Positions 52,978 through 64,000 of a stretch of DNA of 64,000 nucleotides are shown here, one piece after another (the stretch's first letter is position 1; the number at the start of each line of letters is the position of its first letter). The notes beneath the pieces are model-generated. The model saw only the letters and a list, made by a program, of their open reading frames with translations. It did no database searches and was not told the origin of the DNA. Source of the DNA: Epiperipatus broadwayi (lineage: Eukaryota; Animalia; Onychophora); the NCBI GenBank assembly GCA_028023455.1, contig JAQFVV010000001.1, positions 17,112,001 to 17,176,000 on the forward strand. The letters are read 5' to 3'. The translations under genes and the position numbers were made by a program.

Positions 52978-54445
52978 TGTCGGTAAGATCTAGATAAAAT
53001 AAGCCGAATTTAGAATCAGAAGTGAGAAAAAGTGTACGCTGCTATTGTACAAACCAGACTTCTGTCTCCAGCTAAACAATGCCTGAAAAAATGGCCAAAT
53101 TGAGTTAAATTCCAAAGTGGTGCAAACGATCCCAGAAATCGCTGAATTAAGTTAATACTCGATGGACCTATTGGATGAAGGAACTCAAAGGTGCAAGGGG
53201 GAGATTGGATGAAAAAAATTCAAGGTGTGAGGGCGGGAGAAGAGAAAAATTACAAGCGGAATTGCGAAAAAAAAAAAGGATTTAGCAGAATCACCGAGGT
53301 GCGTGGAATAATTAAGTTGCTGATTTTGTAAAGAAAGTTTTCTTTTTACCAGAGGAATAAGATCTAACTTTCGTATAATAGTATAACGGAGATGCATTGC
53401 TGAACCTAAAATTCGTGGCTTGACCACCGGACCTCCACGCTCCGTTCAGCTCATTGCCCCTAGGATGCTCGTAACACCAGAGAAACTTTACCTAAGGACC
53501 ACACACGCTTTTGAGATCTCGCAAATTGCCAGAATGCTTAGTTAAAGAAGAAATCATCGCTCAGGATCCTTCTTACTGGCTGTCTACGTTCCACAGGTAG
53601 CTATCTTTAAATTAATCGTACTCACTTATGCACCACAGTAGATAAACTTTAGAAACAATAACTAGTGAAAAACATTTAGCTAAATGATAAAAGTACTCGC
53701 GACCATAAATGAATGATTAAAGAACTTAACCAGAATCAGTTTGTCTACAAATAAACATCCTTTAAATATATGTGCGAAGTCTCATTTAATTCTATAGTTA
53801 ATTTATCTTGGCTTGCCAGTCATATACCAGCATAAAATTGTTATTGAATAGATTAAAATAAACCATTTATTTAATTAATATTTTGTTATTGATTGATTGG
53901 AATTTCAACTCACATTTATATGACAGGGAATGAGTGCTGGAGTGATCCAATTTGTTTTTTGTTATGAATGAATGCATTTGATATTTTTGGTGTTGGGATT
54001 TGATTAAACTTATGTTTATATTACTATACCTTTCTTAGATTATTATTAAGCTTTGATTGATTTGTTCTGTGGGATATAGGGCGGGCCCTAATACGATAAG
54101 TCAGATTGATCGCGATTGAAAGGTCACGTATGCAATATAATTTGAAAGGTGATATGGGCTGTGTTCGTTTGTTGCTTCCGACTGGAGTGATGCACGGGCA
54201 TGTTTTGTGATATAGTTGAGTGAGCTTATGCACATACGTGGCGGACTCTTGTAAAGTTCTCCTGGCACCTACTACTTGGATTTGATCCGAATTTACGTAA
54301 AAATAAATAAAAGCGTACGTGTATATGTGTTTGAAATTATCTTCACCGAACATTATGTAACCCCCCAGACGCAAGAACACAGCAGATGCATAGGAGTGAC
54401 TTTAATGTGCTTTCGGCACGGAAGCCGTCGAGCGGGGCGGTTACA
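52978..54445 (+). mobile_element. Probable young solo LTR (1468 bp)
   Basis: TGT...TTACA termini; ATATA on both sides (52973-77 and 54446-50); AATAAA near 54305; many more CpGs than the flanks; no credible ORF. Confidence 0.6.
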
Positions 54446-56618
54446 ATATATATATAGTAATGGAACAATAAAATACTGGTCATCAACAATAATAAATGAT
54501 ATGGTAAGTGAAAACCAACCAATAACAATATGAATGAAAATAAAATTAATTGTTTATTGAATAGTTTTCAGATTTGAGTAATCATAATTATAATAGAAAG
54601 TATTATAGTTGAGCAAGGCTAATTGGCCTGCAAGTGAGTCATGGTTTTAGCTGACCTTAAAGATGATAGCTAAAATTATGAACCAAGTAGTTTTCTCAAC
54701 TATGTATTACATGTTTGGGCAATTTAAATATACTAAATAAATGTTGCATTTATGTAGCCAAAAATTGTAACTAATAAATAAATAAGTTGATTGCAAATGT
54801 ATTTATGATCATTTATATCTGTAATGGATTCATAAAATTTGTATGGTACCAATGGATCCATAATTAGTGTTTTTGCTTTAGCAAAGAAGATAAAATTCAA
54901 TAAATAATATTTTATTGGTTAATGAGATATAGTATCGGATATACAATTAAATATTTTAATTGTTAATCAATTGTATAAGAAAATAGTTTTATAATGATTT
55001 GTACTTAGGTTAATATAATATTTATTAAACATAAACTCACTGAGGTGGCTAAGACAAAGAACATAATTCTACTTTACCAACCATCATATATCATCTTATA
55101 ATATATATTTATAATTTACCCCTGCCAGATTGCAATTAGTAGTTATGATCTATGATTAAAATGATTAACACATACTGTCATCATAGGTTAATTACAAACT
55201 CTTTCTCACACAAAGAAAATAAATACTGCATAATAAAAATTTTAATGTTGTTATCTTTCATATATTGTAATGGTATATATATATATGTGGGGATCTGCCT
55301 TATTTAATGAAGGCTTTTTTATTTTCCATAGATTTGGAAGCTTTAATATAATGATATGCATATGATGTGTATGCTAAAGAAGGGCTTTATTATGCTTCCA
55401 TAGACCTAGTGGTAAACATGTAACAAGTTTGCCCCTATAATCTCCCCCAATGTAATGAATAACCTACTCTCAGGGATTAGTATTACAAGAACTCATAAGA
55501 CATAAACCAGAAGTGAATATTTTATTGAATTTAATTTATATACTAATAGCTAGCTGTAGATGATGCATGTAATATTTCAAAAATTTTCATGAGTAATAAT
55601 GTAATCATCGATTAATGTTTAGGATAGCAATGGTGGCATTTGTCTATTCTCAGGGTACATGGATCAAGTTCACAGTATTGAGTATAGCATAATAACCCCA
55701 TGTTAATATGTGATAAAACAAAATTTAAATAAATAATTAACTTTTTCTATACTATCTTCTAACTTATTGATCTTTATTTGTATTTGACTTTGAATTTCTT
55801 CTATTTTGATCTCTAGTTCATTAAACTTAACTTTCAAATCATTTATTTGCTCATGTCCCATTCTTATTTCATGAACTAGCTCTGTATGCATCTGTTTGGT
55901 TTTTTGTTTTGGTATATTCTCTAATTTATATTGAGTCTCTTCACTTTTCATTACTAAGATTTCCTATCCTTGCTTCATGTCTAATTTAAGTTTTTCTTCG
56001 CTTTGCTTCAACACTTGTTTAAATATTTCCTGACTCTATTTACATTATTCTTGGTTTTTATTAATCTTAATAAGTTTTATGATAATTTTTTTCTGACTTT
56101 ATTTAATTTCTACCATTAAGCTCTGCAACATTACCATTAAAGATTAGTTTTGATCAGTTTTGATGTGACAAAGACTTCATTAACTTCTTTTTCCTGTTCT
56201 AACATGCCTAATTCTCTTTCACTTTTCATAGTTTTATTTAGATTTATTATTTTGATTTTAGAAAGAACATAACTTTCTTCCTCAATTCAATATCTTATAA
56301 CAAATGAAATGAATAACTTCATTTTCTCTACTATGCCTCATATGTTGACCACTACATCTTAATTAAATTTGTACTCATATACATTTCAATTTATGTAAGC
56401 ATGTAAGATAACTTTTAATATAAAATACCACAATAGCATCATTTCTCAATAGTGATTGACTTATCTATTCACTTTAATATTATCTTAAACTAATGTATTA
56501 TATTTTTCAGCATTCAACTTATATTGTTTACAACATAGCAAAAATTTCATCACGATGCTCAAAAGACTTTGTATTCTGCTCTTGCTAACACATCTGATCA
56601 GTGAACACCAATGTTTTT

Positions 56619-56723
56619 TTTTCATATGTCATAGCATCAGCCGGGAGTGAACCCACAACCATCTGCAACCAACTATTTGCTTGCAAGGCGGTTGCGATTT
56701 CCTCTTGGCTAACAATGCTTGAC
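56619..56723 (-). mobile_element. Short tRNA-derived SINE, copy 4
   Basis: Same sequence family with an A tail; ~15-bp TSD AACACCAATGTTTTT at 56604-56618 and 56724-56738. Confidence 0.88.
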
Positions 56724-57361
56724 AACACCAATGTTTTTCATTTATTTTTCAAAATAACCAGGAAACAATACTTTCAATAAAATAAGGTGGCATCAAATAC
56801 ATTTCATTATTTATTTTACAGCACTTCACAAGAACTCATTGTCATTAGTAATACGCCCACACTTCTTTGACATTTTATTAACATATAGCACATATCTTAT
56901 GCTTTTAAAGTTGCAAATATAAACTCTTATTTTTATTATTATATGGCAAGCCCAGGTATCATCATCTGATAATTTGTCTTCATATGCTCCCTTTTTGCTT
57001 ATTTACAAAGCATTTTATTTATAAAGCACTGCACTTGTGTAGTGCTGAACCTATTCCTCAGAAAACAATTTGACAACTCACTCTAAATTCAAACCCTTAA
57101 GAAAGTACCACTACAAATTCAAAGTTATCATTTATTGAGTCATTAATTAGTTTAATCTATCTTACTATACACAAAAGTAGATGATATTAATTGCTATCAC
57201 TAATCAAATATTTTATCTATTTATTATTTTCTGACTTTAAATTTCTCATGAGTCATGGATAAATATTTGGGCCTCCAATTGAGCAGCCAAAAATGTAATG
57301 GATCAATAAAATATTAATCATCAATAAATAATATGCTAAGTAAAAAACAACCAACAACAAT

Positions 57362-57581
57362 ATGGATAGAATAAAATTAACTGTTTAATGAAAAGCTTGC
57401 AGATTTGTGTAATCATAATTATAATAGAAAAGATTATAGTAAAGCAAGGATAATTGGCCTGCAAGTGATTCATGGATAGAATAAAATTAACTGTTTACTG
57501 AAAAGCTTGCAGATTTGTGTAATCATAATTATAATAGAAAAGATTATAGTAAAGCAAGGATAATTGGCCTGCAAGTGATTC
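57362..57581. repeat. 110-bp tandem duplication inside an LTR (one mismatch)
   Basis: ATGGATAGAATAAAATTAACTG... starts at 57362 and 57472; single copy in the sister LTR. Confidence 0.95.
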
Positions 57582-60500
57582 ATGTATTTAGATGACCAGA
57601 AAGGTTATAGATAAAATTATGAACGAAGTAAATTTTTCCAACTACATACTACATATTTGGGCAATCCAAATATATTAAATAAATGTGGCATTTATGCAAC
57701 CAAAAATATAACTGATAAATAAATACGTTTATTGCAATTATATTTATGATCATTTAGATTTATATCTGCAATGGATTCATAAAATTTGTAAGGTACCAAT
57801 CGATCCATAATTAGTGTTTTTGCTTAGCAAAGAAAATAAAATTCAAGAAATAATTTTATGGGATATACAATTAAATATTTTAATTGTAAATAAATTGTGT
57901 AATAGTTTTATAATGATTTATGAAATAGGTAAATCAAAGTATTTAGATTAATAATAATAATATACTATTCACTGAAGTAAATATTAACTCATTGAGTGGC
58001 TAAGACAAAAAATATAGTTCTATTTTGCCAACTGCAATCTAATATCACATAATGTATATTTAGAATTTACTCCTGCCAGACTGCAATTAGTAGATACAAT
58101 CTGTGATTAAAATTATTAACACATATAGTCATAAAAGGTTAATTAGAAATTCTTTCTCACACAATCAAAATAAAATATACAATAAAAAATTTAATATTGT
58201 TATCTTTTATATATATATATAAATTTTTTATATGTGTTATATCTTTTGAACCAAGTAATGCTTTTTACTAATAATTATTAAATTATATAGAATATTATTT
58301 ATGTTTAAATTTAGATTTGTTTTCAAAAAATTAAATACATTAATAATTGATAATAAAAAAAGAACTTTGACAATAAATTTTTTTTTCTTAGCATCTGTTA
58401 CCAAGTTTAGCTTATATATAATTTCAATTCAAATTATATTATCCTATGATGTCTTGTTTGGCACATTGATGACGCTTTTATCAATATTTCAATTCATGGT
58501 AAATTTTATAGTTTTGTGGCATCATGGCAGTTAAGTATAACACATTCCATTTTAATCATAAAGATATCAAATGAGGGAAAATTTGTGTTCCTTCTCTTCT
58601 AAGTAATTTTTTACTCACAATACATATTTTCTTGCTACAAGTCCAAAATCTATTTATAAAAATAAGGTAAGATAAAACACAAATTTTTAAGCAAAAGAAA
58701 GTATATATGTTTTTCTTGTTGAACTTGTTTCTATAACTAACATAACACAAAATGCAGTTCCCCCCTTTTTAAACACTAGCTTGTGAACATGTGATTATTC
58801 TTTTTTCTAATCTTAATAAGGCATTGTTATCATCTGCTATAAATTAATAAACATAATTTTATTTTTAAATTTAGTATATAAAAAATCCATTCACTCTACA
58901 TTTATTGTGTTTTTTATTTAGGTATTTATAAACTATAAAAGGAATTAGAAATGGTGATATGTATACATCACAATATAGACACAATATATACATACAAGAT
59001 ATATATCTATTAAGATGATAGTATAGATAATTTTATTTAAAAATTGTTTTCAGGGGTAAATAAAGATCAAACATACCTATACAATAATTACCATGGTAAC
59101 ACTGATTCATTAATTAAATAATATTAAATAATGATATATTAATAATCACCTCTGATTCTCAATTTATATATTATATTTCTTTATATTTAATTGCCTGATA
59201 GTTTTGTTGTACATGGTTTCTGTGAAAGCCAATGGAAATTGAATTTATGCTTATAAACACAAGTTTGGGTAATTGTATTACAAAAATCCAGTCATTTATA
59301 CTATTACAAAAATAAAACGATCTTAAATTTCAGTATGTCTTTGTTTAGAGAGCTTTAAAAATAATTCTTTTAAAAAACATGCTACTGTTTTTTCTTGTCA
59401 AACTTTCATATTTTATAAAATATAAAACAATGAACAATCAAATTTGAAAATATGAATATATAATTAGCTCCACATCCAAAGAAACTATTGTTTGCTAGCA
59501 ACAAATTTTTAAAATATGAAAAAAATAATAGACAATTTTTGCTATAAATTTTAAACCAATTTTATTATTTTTTTTATTTTCTGAAGTATAAAATCAAAAT
59601 ATCTGCATATGCGATTAAAGTTCTCCAACATGCATTGCTTAACTTTAGAAAGAATTCTCAAAAAATACCATTCATTTCATAGATAAATTATTTGTCAACA
59701 TAATTTTTATATTTCTAAAGGTTCTGCAAAGAAATAATCCATGAAATAGATACTTTTACATTAAAATCACTATGGCATAAATAATAGTAAAACTTCATAA
59801 TCACCAATTTAAGTGAGGATTGTCTAAATAATTATATATTTGTTTATGTAAATCATGTATGAAATATGATATTAAAGGAAAATTATTACAAAAATGATTA
59901 CAAGATAATTTCTTTGAAATTAATTATTACAATCATATTTTCCCCTTTGCATAATCTGGTATTTTAACCTTACACATTCCTTTCACATTTCATCATTTTT
60001 CTTTGTTATCTCATTCAATGTAAAACTTAAGATGAAACCATTATTACTTATCAGAAAATAATAAATTTGACTTTATTTGATAGATATTTTTGTTTACTAC
60101 TGAAATCAATTTTAAATGTTCACATTTTTTTACTATAAATATTAAAAAAACAAGATTGTAATCAAAACAAAAAGATTATACATCATTATTTCTAGAATGA
60201 TTATTTTCTTTTTACAAAATCAATAAAATCTTTATTATTTGTGATTATTTTAAAAAATCTGAATGAGTATTTATTTATTTCTCTTACATCTAACAAAATA
60301 TGCTTTAAAAGTTTAAAATTTTTCAATATTCATTGTAAAATTATGATAATTTGATACTCATTATTATAATTATTGCTTATATAGAAAGCTAAGCTTCTAA
60401 ATAACTTTAGGGCAGATTTTTATTGTTTGCTAATATAATGTTCTATTTTTGAAAGTAAAATATTTCTATTTAAAATAAGTTATTAATAATTTATATTTTT

Positions 60501-61189
60501 GATATCTAATAAAAATTGTATAGATCTCTAGAATTGTAATAAATTCATGAATAAACATGCTTTTGGTTATTCAAACCATTTTCTTTAAACAATGTCATAA
60601 AAATTATGATGTCAAAAACTTATCTTAATACAATAGGAATACTTGTCAGGGAGGAGCTAAATTCTATTGTTTTTATGAATTTTTTGATTTTCTTCTCATC
60701 TATGGAATTTTTTTGAACTAAAGTTTTATATTGTAATGTATATAGGAAAATATTCATATTGCAATATAATGCTTATGGAAATTCTCACTAGGGGCAAATT
60801 AGTGAAAAAATGAAGCAATTCATCTGGAAATGCCCATTAAGTTAATAAACATTTTGTTTAATAAAACATTATTTAACTGCAGACTGACCATAATATTAAA
60901 TGAATAGAAAAGTTTAATATGTATTTACATTTTGTATTTTTATTATACAATTTTAAAATACAATAAGAGAATTATAGTTATATTTTATATTTTTATAAGA
61001 AATACAAATTTATAATACAAAATATGGTAATATAATAACTAATGTTTATTTTATTAATAATAATATATTAATTGTATTTAAAAGAGAAAGGATCAAAAGC
61101 AAAATAAAAAATATATAAGAGTAAATGAAACTAATACTAATCCTGTTAATATAATTAATACTCATGAATGCATATTCAACTTTCCAGTT

Positions 61190-61290
61190 ATTAATTTGGT
61201 GGAGAGGTCAGTGTGACTGCCTTGCAATTGCAGGCAGTTGCCCGGGTTGCGTGTTCATGTCCCGGATGATGCTATGACACTTAAAAAAAA
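61190..61290 (+). mobile_element. Diverged SINE, copy 5
   Basis: GAGAGGTCA...CTGCCTTGCAA...GTGTTCATGTCCCGGATGATGCTATGACAC plus A run. Confidence 0.7.
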
Positions 61291-61413
61291 GGATAAGGGA
61301 TAGGTGGGTTATTTTGCCAAGTTAGAACAATAGTAATTGAATGTTATCTATAATTTTCATAGTTGGATAAATTAATTACCTATTACATTTTGCAAATGAG
61401 ATGAATTAAGTTC

Positions 61414-61531
61414 TGATGAATAATATTTCTATGGTGCAATTTTCACTATGCCACTCTCACACAAGATAGGACCTCTTACCTTGTGTGAGATTGGTGTAAT
61501 GAAAATTACACTACAGAAATATTATTTATTA
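61414..61531. repeat. ~120-bp imperfect hairpin (MITE-like)
   Basis: AATAATATTTC...CTCTCACACAAG versus CTTGTGTGAGA...GAAATATTATT, with a 14-nt spacer. Confidence 0.75.
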
Positions 61532-63741
61532 AGTGAGTTATTTTTAGTTTAGTGAATCATTAATAAAAATTATTAATAAATTAATTCTGATGTCCATTTT
61601 TTATGGTAATATTATAAAGGTAAATACACAATTTTATAAATACATTTAATCTTATATCTTAATATTATAGGGGTTATTTTTTAAGAATATCTAAAGTGGA
61701 TAAAAACAGGAAATGGTTAGAATCATCATCATTTTGTACTTTAACTTGTTGGTTTTAAGATTAAATAAATTTACAAAAAAAAAATAATTAAAATATCAGA
61801 TCACTATTGTTGATGGTGAAAAAAACCCCATTTATGTTGAAATCTGATTAAGTGGTAAATGATTAATAAGAGTCAGATTTATTCTATTACAAATTGTACT
61901 TTGAAAACATAATTAAAAGTTTAATTAATACTATTACATTTAGTGTAATTGATTCCACATATATTACCATATAGCCATTTCTTTATCTGTTATATCACAT
62001 TTTGGCCACCCATACAGAAACATAAATAGACATCCATTCTGTTACATTTTATCTCATTGAACAAGGATATAAGTAGATGCCTGTTCCATTACAATAGATA
62101 TGGAAATAACACATGGTCTATTAAATAAAGCATCAATTTGCTATGTCCACAATCTATAGTTTGAATTTTATTAGAACTCACAACTATTTTCAGATAACAA
62201 GATTTGCACGCAATTTTAATATTTTTTGGAAGTAACTAATTCCTAAGTAACTTAGATAACCAATATTTAATTACTGGTTCATAAAATTGTTATGAAGTTA
62301 TTACCTAGCAAATACATTTAAAAACTAGTAAAATAATATGCTAAGACAGATATGGGCCACCTATCTTAAATGGTAAATATCAATAGGCATTAAAATGAAA
62401 TATAATATTTTAAAAAAATAATTTTTATATTAAAGTTACGGCAGAAAAACAACAAATTATTACTTTTTTTAAAGAGGGTTTGGGAATGTTTTTAATGTTA
62501 AAAATAACCAATTTTTCTTTAAACAAAAATTCTTCAATTATCTAAATTACTTTTTCATTACACTTTAAAATTTTTCCTGACAAATCTTTAAAAAAATGCA
62601 AAATTTAATAGTGTTATCATTTCGATTTGTCATTTCTAAGTAAAATAAATTAACAGACTTGTGTGTTATTTTAATAAACAATTTTATTGAAAGTTTGCAA
62701 CTCTTGAATGATTTATTTATATATTCTTTAAGATGCATGGGAAAAGTTTCTACTCATCATCTTTTAACTTTAAAGTGGTTAAAAACTAATATAAATAATG
62801 CTAGTCCATTCTAACTAATGATAGTTTTGAATTGTGGAATTGTTTCAATTATTTATTACAAATTGATAGTCAGATGCAAGTTTTTTCTCTTGCTTGACAG
62901 AATGCAAAATATGCAGGCAATCGAAAGTGAATGGTTTACAATCCAAATTATTGACTACATATTTGTACTTTAGGGGAAAAATGATTTTCAATGCATATTT
63001 CCAAAAGTTGCTATGGCCAAATAATTATACTAACAGCAGGCGATCATAGTTGTTTTAAACTGAAACATCCAAGATGAATTGCGTGATCTAGCAATAATTT
63101 TCATAGTAAATGCTAAATAGAAAATAATTAATTACAAAAAAGCGATCAAGCTATTTTTTGCAAAATATCTCAAAGAATTAATTAATATGTTATAATTTTT
63201 TTATTTTGTGAGATTTTTTATTATTGTAAAGCTAAAAAGAACAACAAAATGAGTGGTAGAATCTGAACACAAGTTCACAGATTGTGCTCTGTTTTATTGC
63301 TTTTGGTGCTTAAACATCTCATGAACTCCTGAGGTATAAACAATCCAATTATTTTTTATATTTAATTTTTTTGAATTTTAAAAATCTTATATATTTTTGA
63401 TTTAAATATATATATATTTACTTTTATTTATACATATTTTTTATCTAATATATTTATTGCATTGTTCAATAAACCATTTCAAATAAATAAGTAAAGCAGT
63501 TCTTTTAAATAAATTGCCCATTTCAAGGCAAAGATCTCCCCAATAGTACATTATAAAGAAACAATGATGGAAAAGGCAGTTCTCAATAGGCTTGACCATT
63601 GCTCAGGAGTAGGGGTTTGAATAACTATTTATTCTTGTGTTATGAGCTAGCTAAGATTAGTTAGATACCTATTTTCCAATCAATGTAGATATATATCTAG
63701 ATTAATTGTAGATTAACTTCCACGACAGAAAAATCTTAAGG

Positions 63742-63866
63742 TTAAAAAGGATTTTCAATTAGTCCAGATTCAAGCACCAGGTTGTAGGTATAGCTGGTAG
63801 ATGCTCCACTTTCACGTGATAAAGCCCTTACAAATGAGTTACTTTGCTGTTCCTTTTCAAAAAATG
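63742..63866 (-). other. Candidate terminal coding exon of an unknown host gene
   Basis: Acceptor-like CTTTTCAG followed by an open frame FFEKEQQSNSFVRALSRESGASTSYTYNLVLESGLIENPF*; protein not recognised. Confidence 0.25.
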
Positions 63867-64000
63867 CTGAAAAGACTTTTATTTAAAGAAGTTATTTAAA
63901 ACCAATTCCTTTCTTATTATATGCTTTCATTATATATAGAAAGACACACGAAAAACTAAGATAGAAAATTATAGACGATTGGAAATGTAAGCAGCGCAAT

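Larger units (their letters stand above)
54456..58215 (-). mobile_element. Non-autonomous LTR element retaining only a gag-like relic
   Basis: Direct repeats 54456-~55425 and 57294-~58215; on the minus strand the LTR ends CCATTACA followed by PBS-like TGGCTGCTCAATTGG (57289-57275); G-rich PPT-like tract at 55431-55448; coiled-coil ORF 55703-55951. Confidence 0.75.

Noticed and set aside
53185-54533. ORFs within the CpG-rich segment
   Set aside because: No motifs; longer open frames are expected by chance at higher GC.
61413-61520. CTGATGA...GAAA as a hammerhead
   Set aside because: Flanking bases do not form helix II, I or III in the right register; it is a simple hairpin.

Overview
This is a very AT-rich eukaryotic (probably invertebrate animal) genomic window made almost entirely of transposable-element relics and AT-rich spacer. 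No intact host gene is evident; one weak candidate terminal exon lies at 63.7-63.9 kb. Elements seen: a decayed Ty3/gypsy LTR retrotransposon (1-5 kb), a Penelope-like (PLE) RT/GIY-YIG relic (7.8-9.3 kb), a nearly intact RTE-clade LINE broken by one 8-bp slippage deletion (11.2-14.5 kb) plus a truncated sister copy, two internally deleted gag-retaining LTR elements (22.3-29.8 kb and 54.5-58.2 kb), a CpG-rich probable solo LTR (53.0-54.4 kb), a decayed L1/Tx1-type LINE split by a ~2.9-kb insertion (37.3-45.4 kb), and five copies of a ~100-bp tRNA-derived SINE. The most interesting signal is self-cleaving ribozyme structure. There is a CPEB3/HDV-like fold at the 5' end of the RTE. Minimal hammerhead motifs occur in the PLE 3' end and in two non-coding families that pair a hammerhead with a tRNA-like Pol III promoter; these occur as long fold-back palindromes with 13-14-bp flanking direct repeats (30.5-31.2 kb, 33.8-34.1 kb), as a tandem array (20.1-21.5 kb) and as a short copy (46.2-46.4 kb). 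All alignments and folds were done by eye, and coordinates of decayed elements are approximate.
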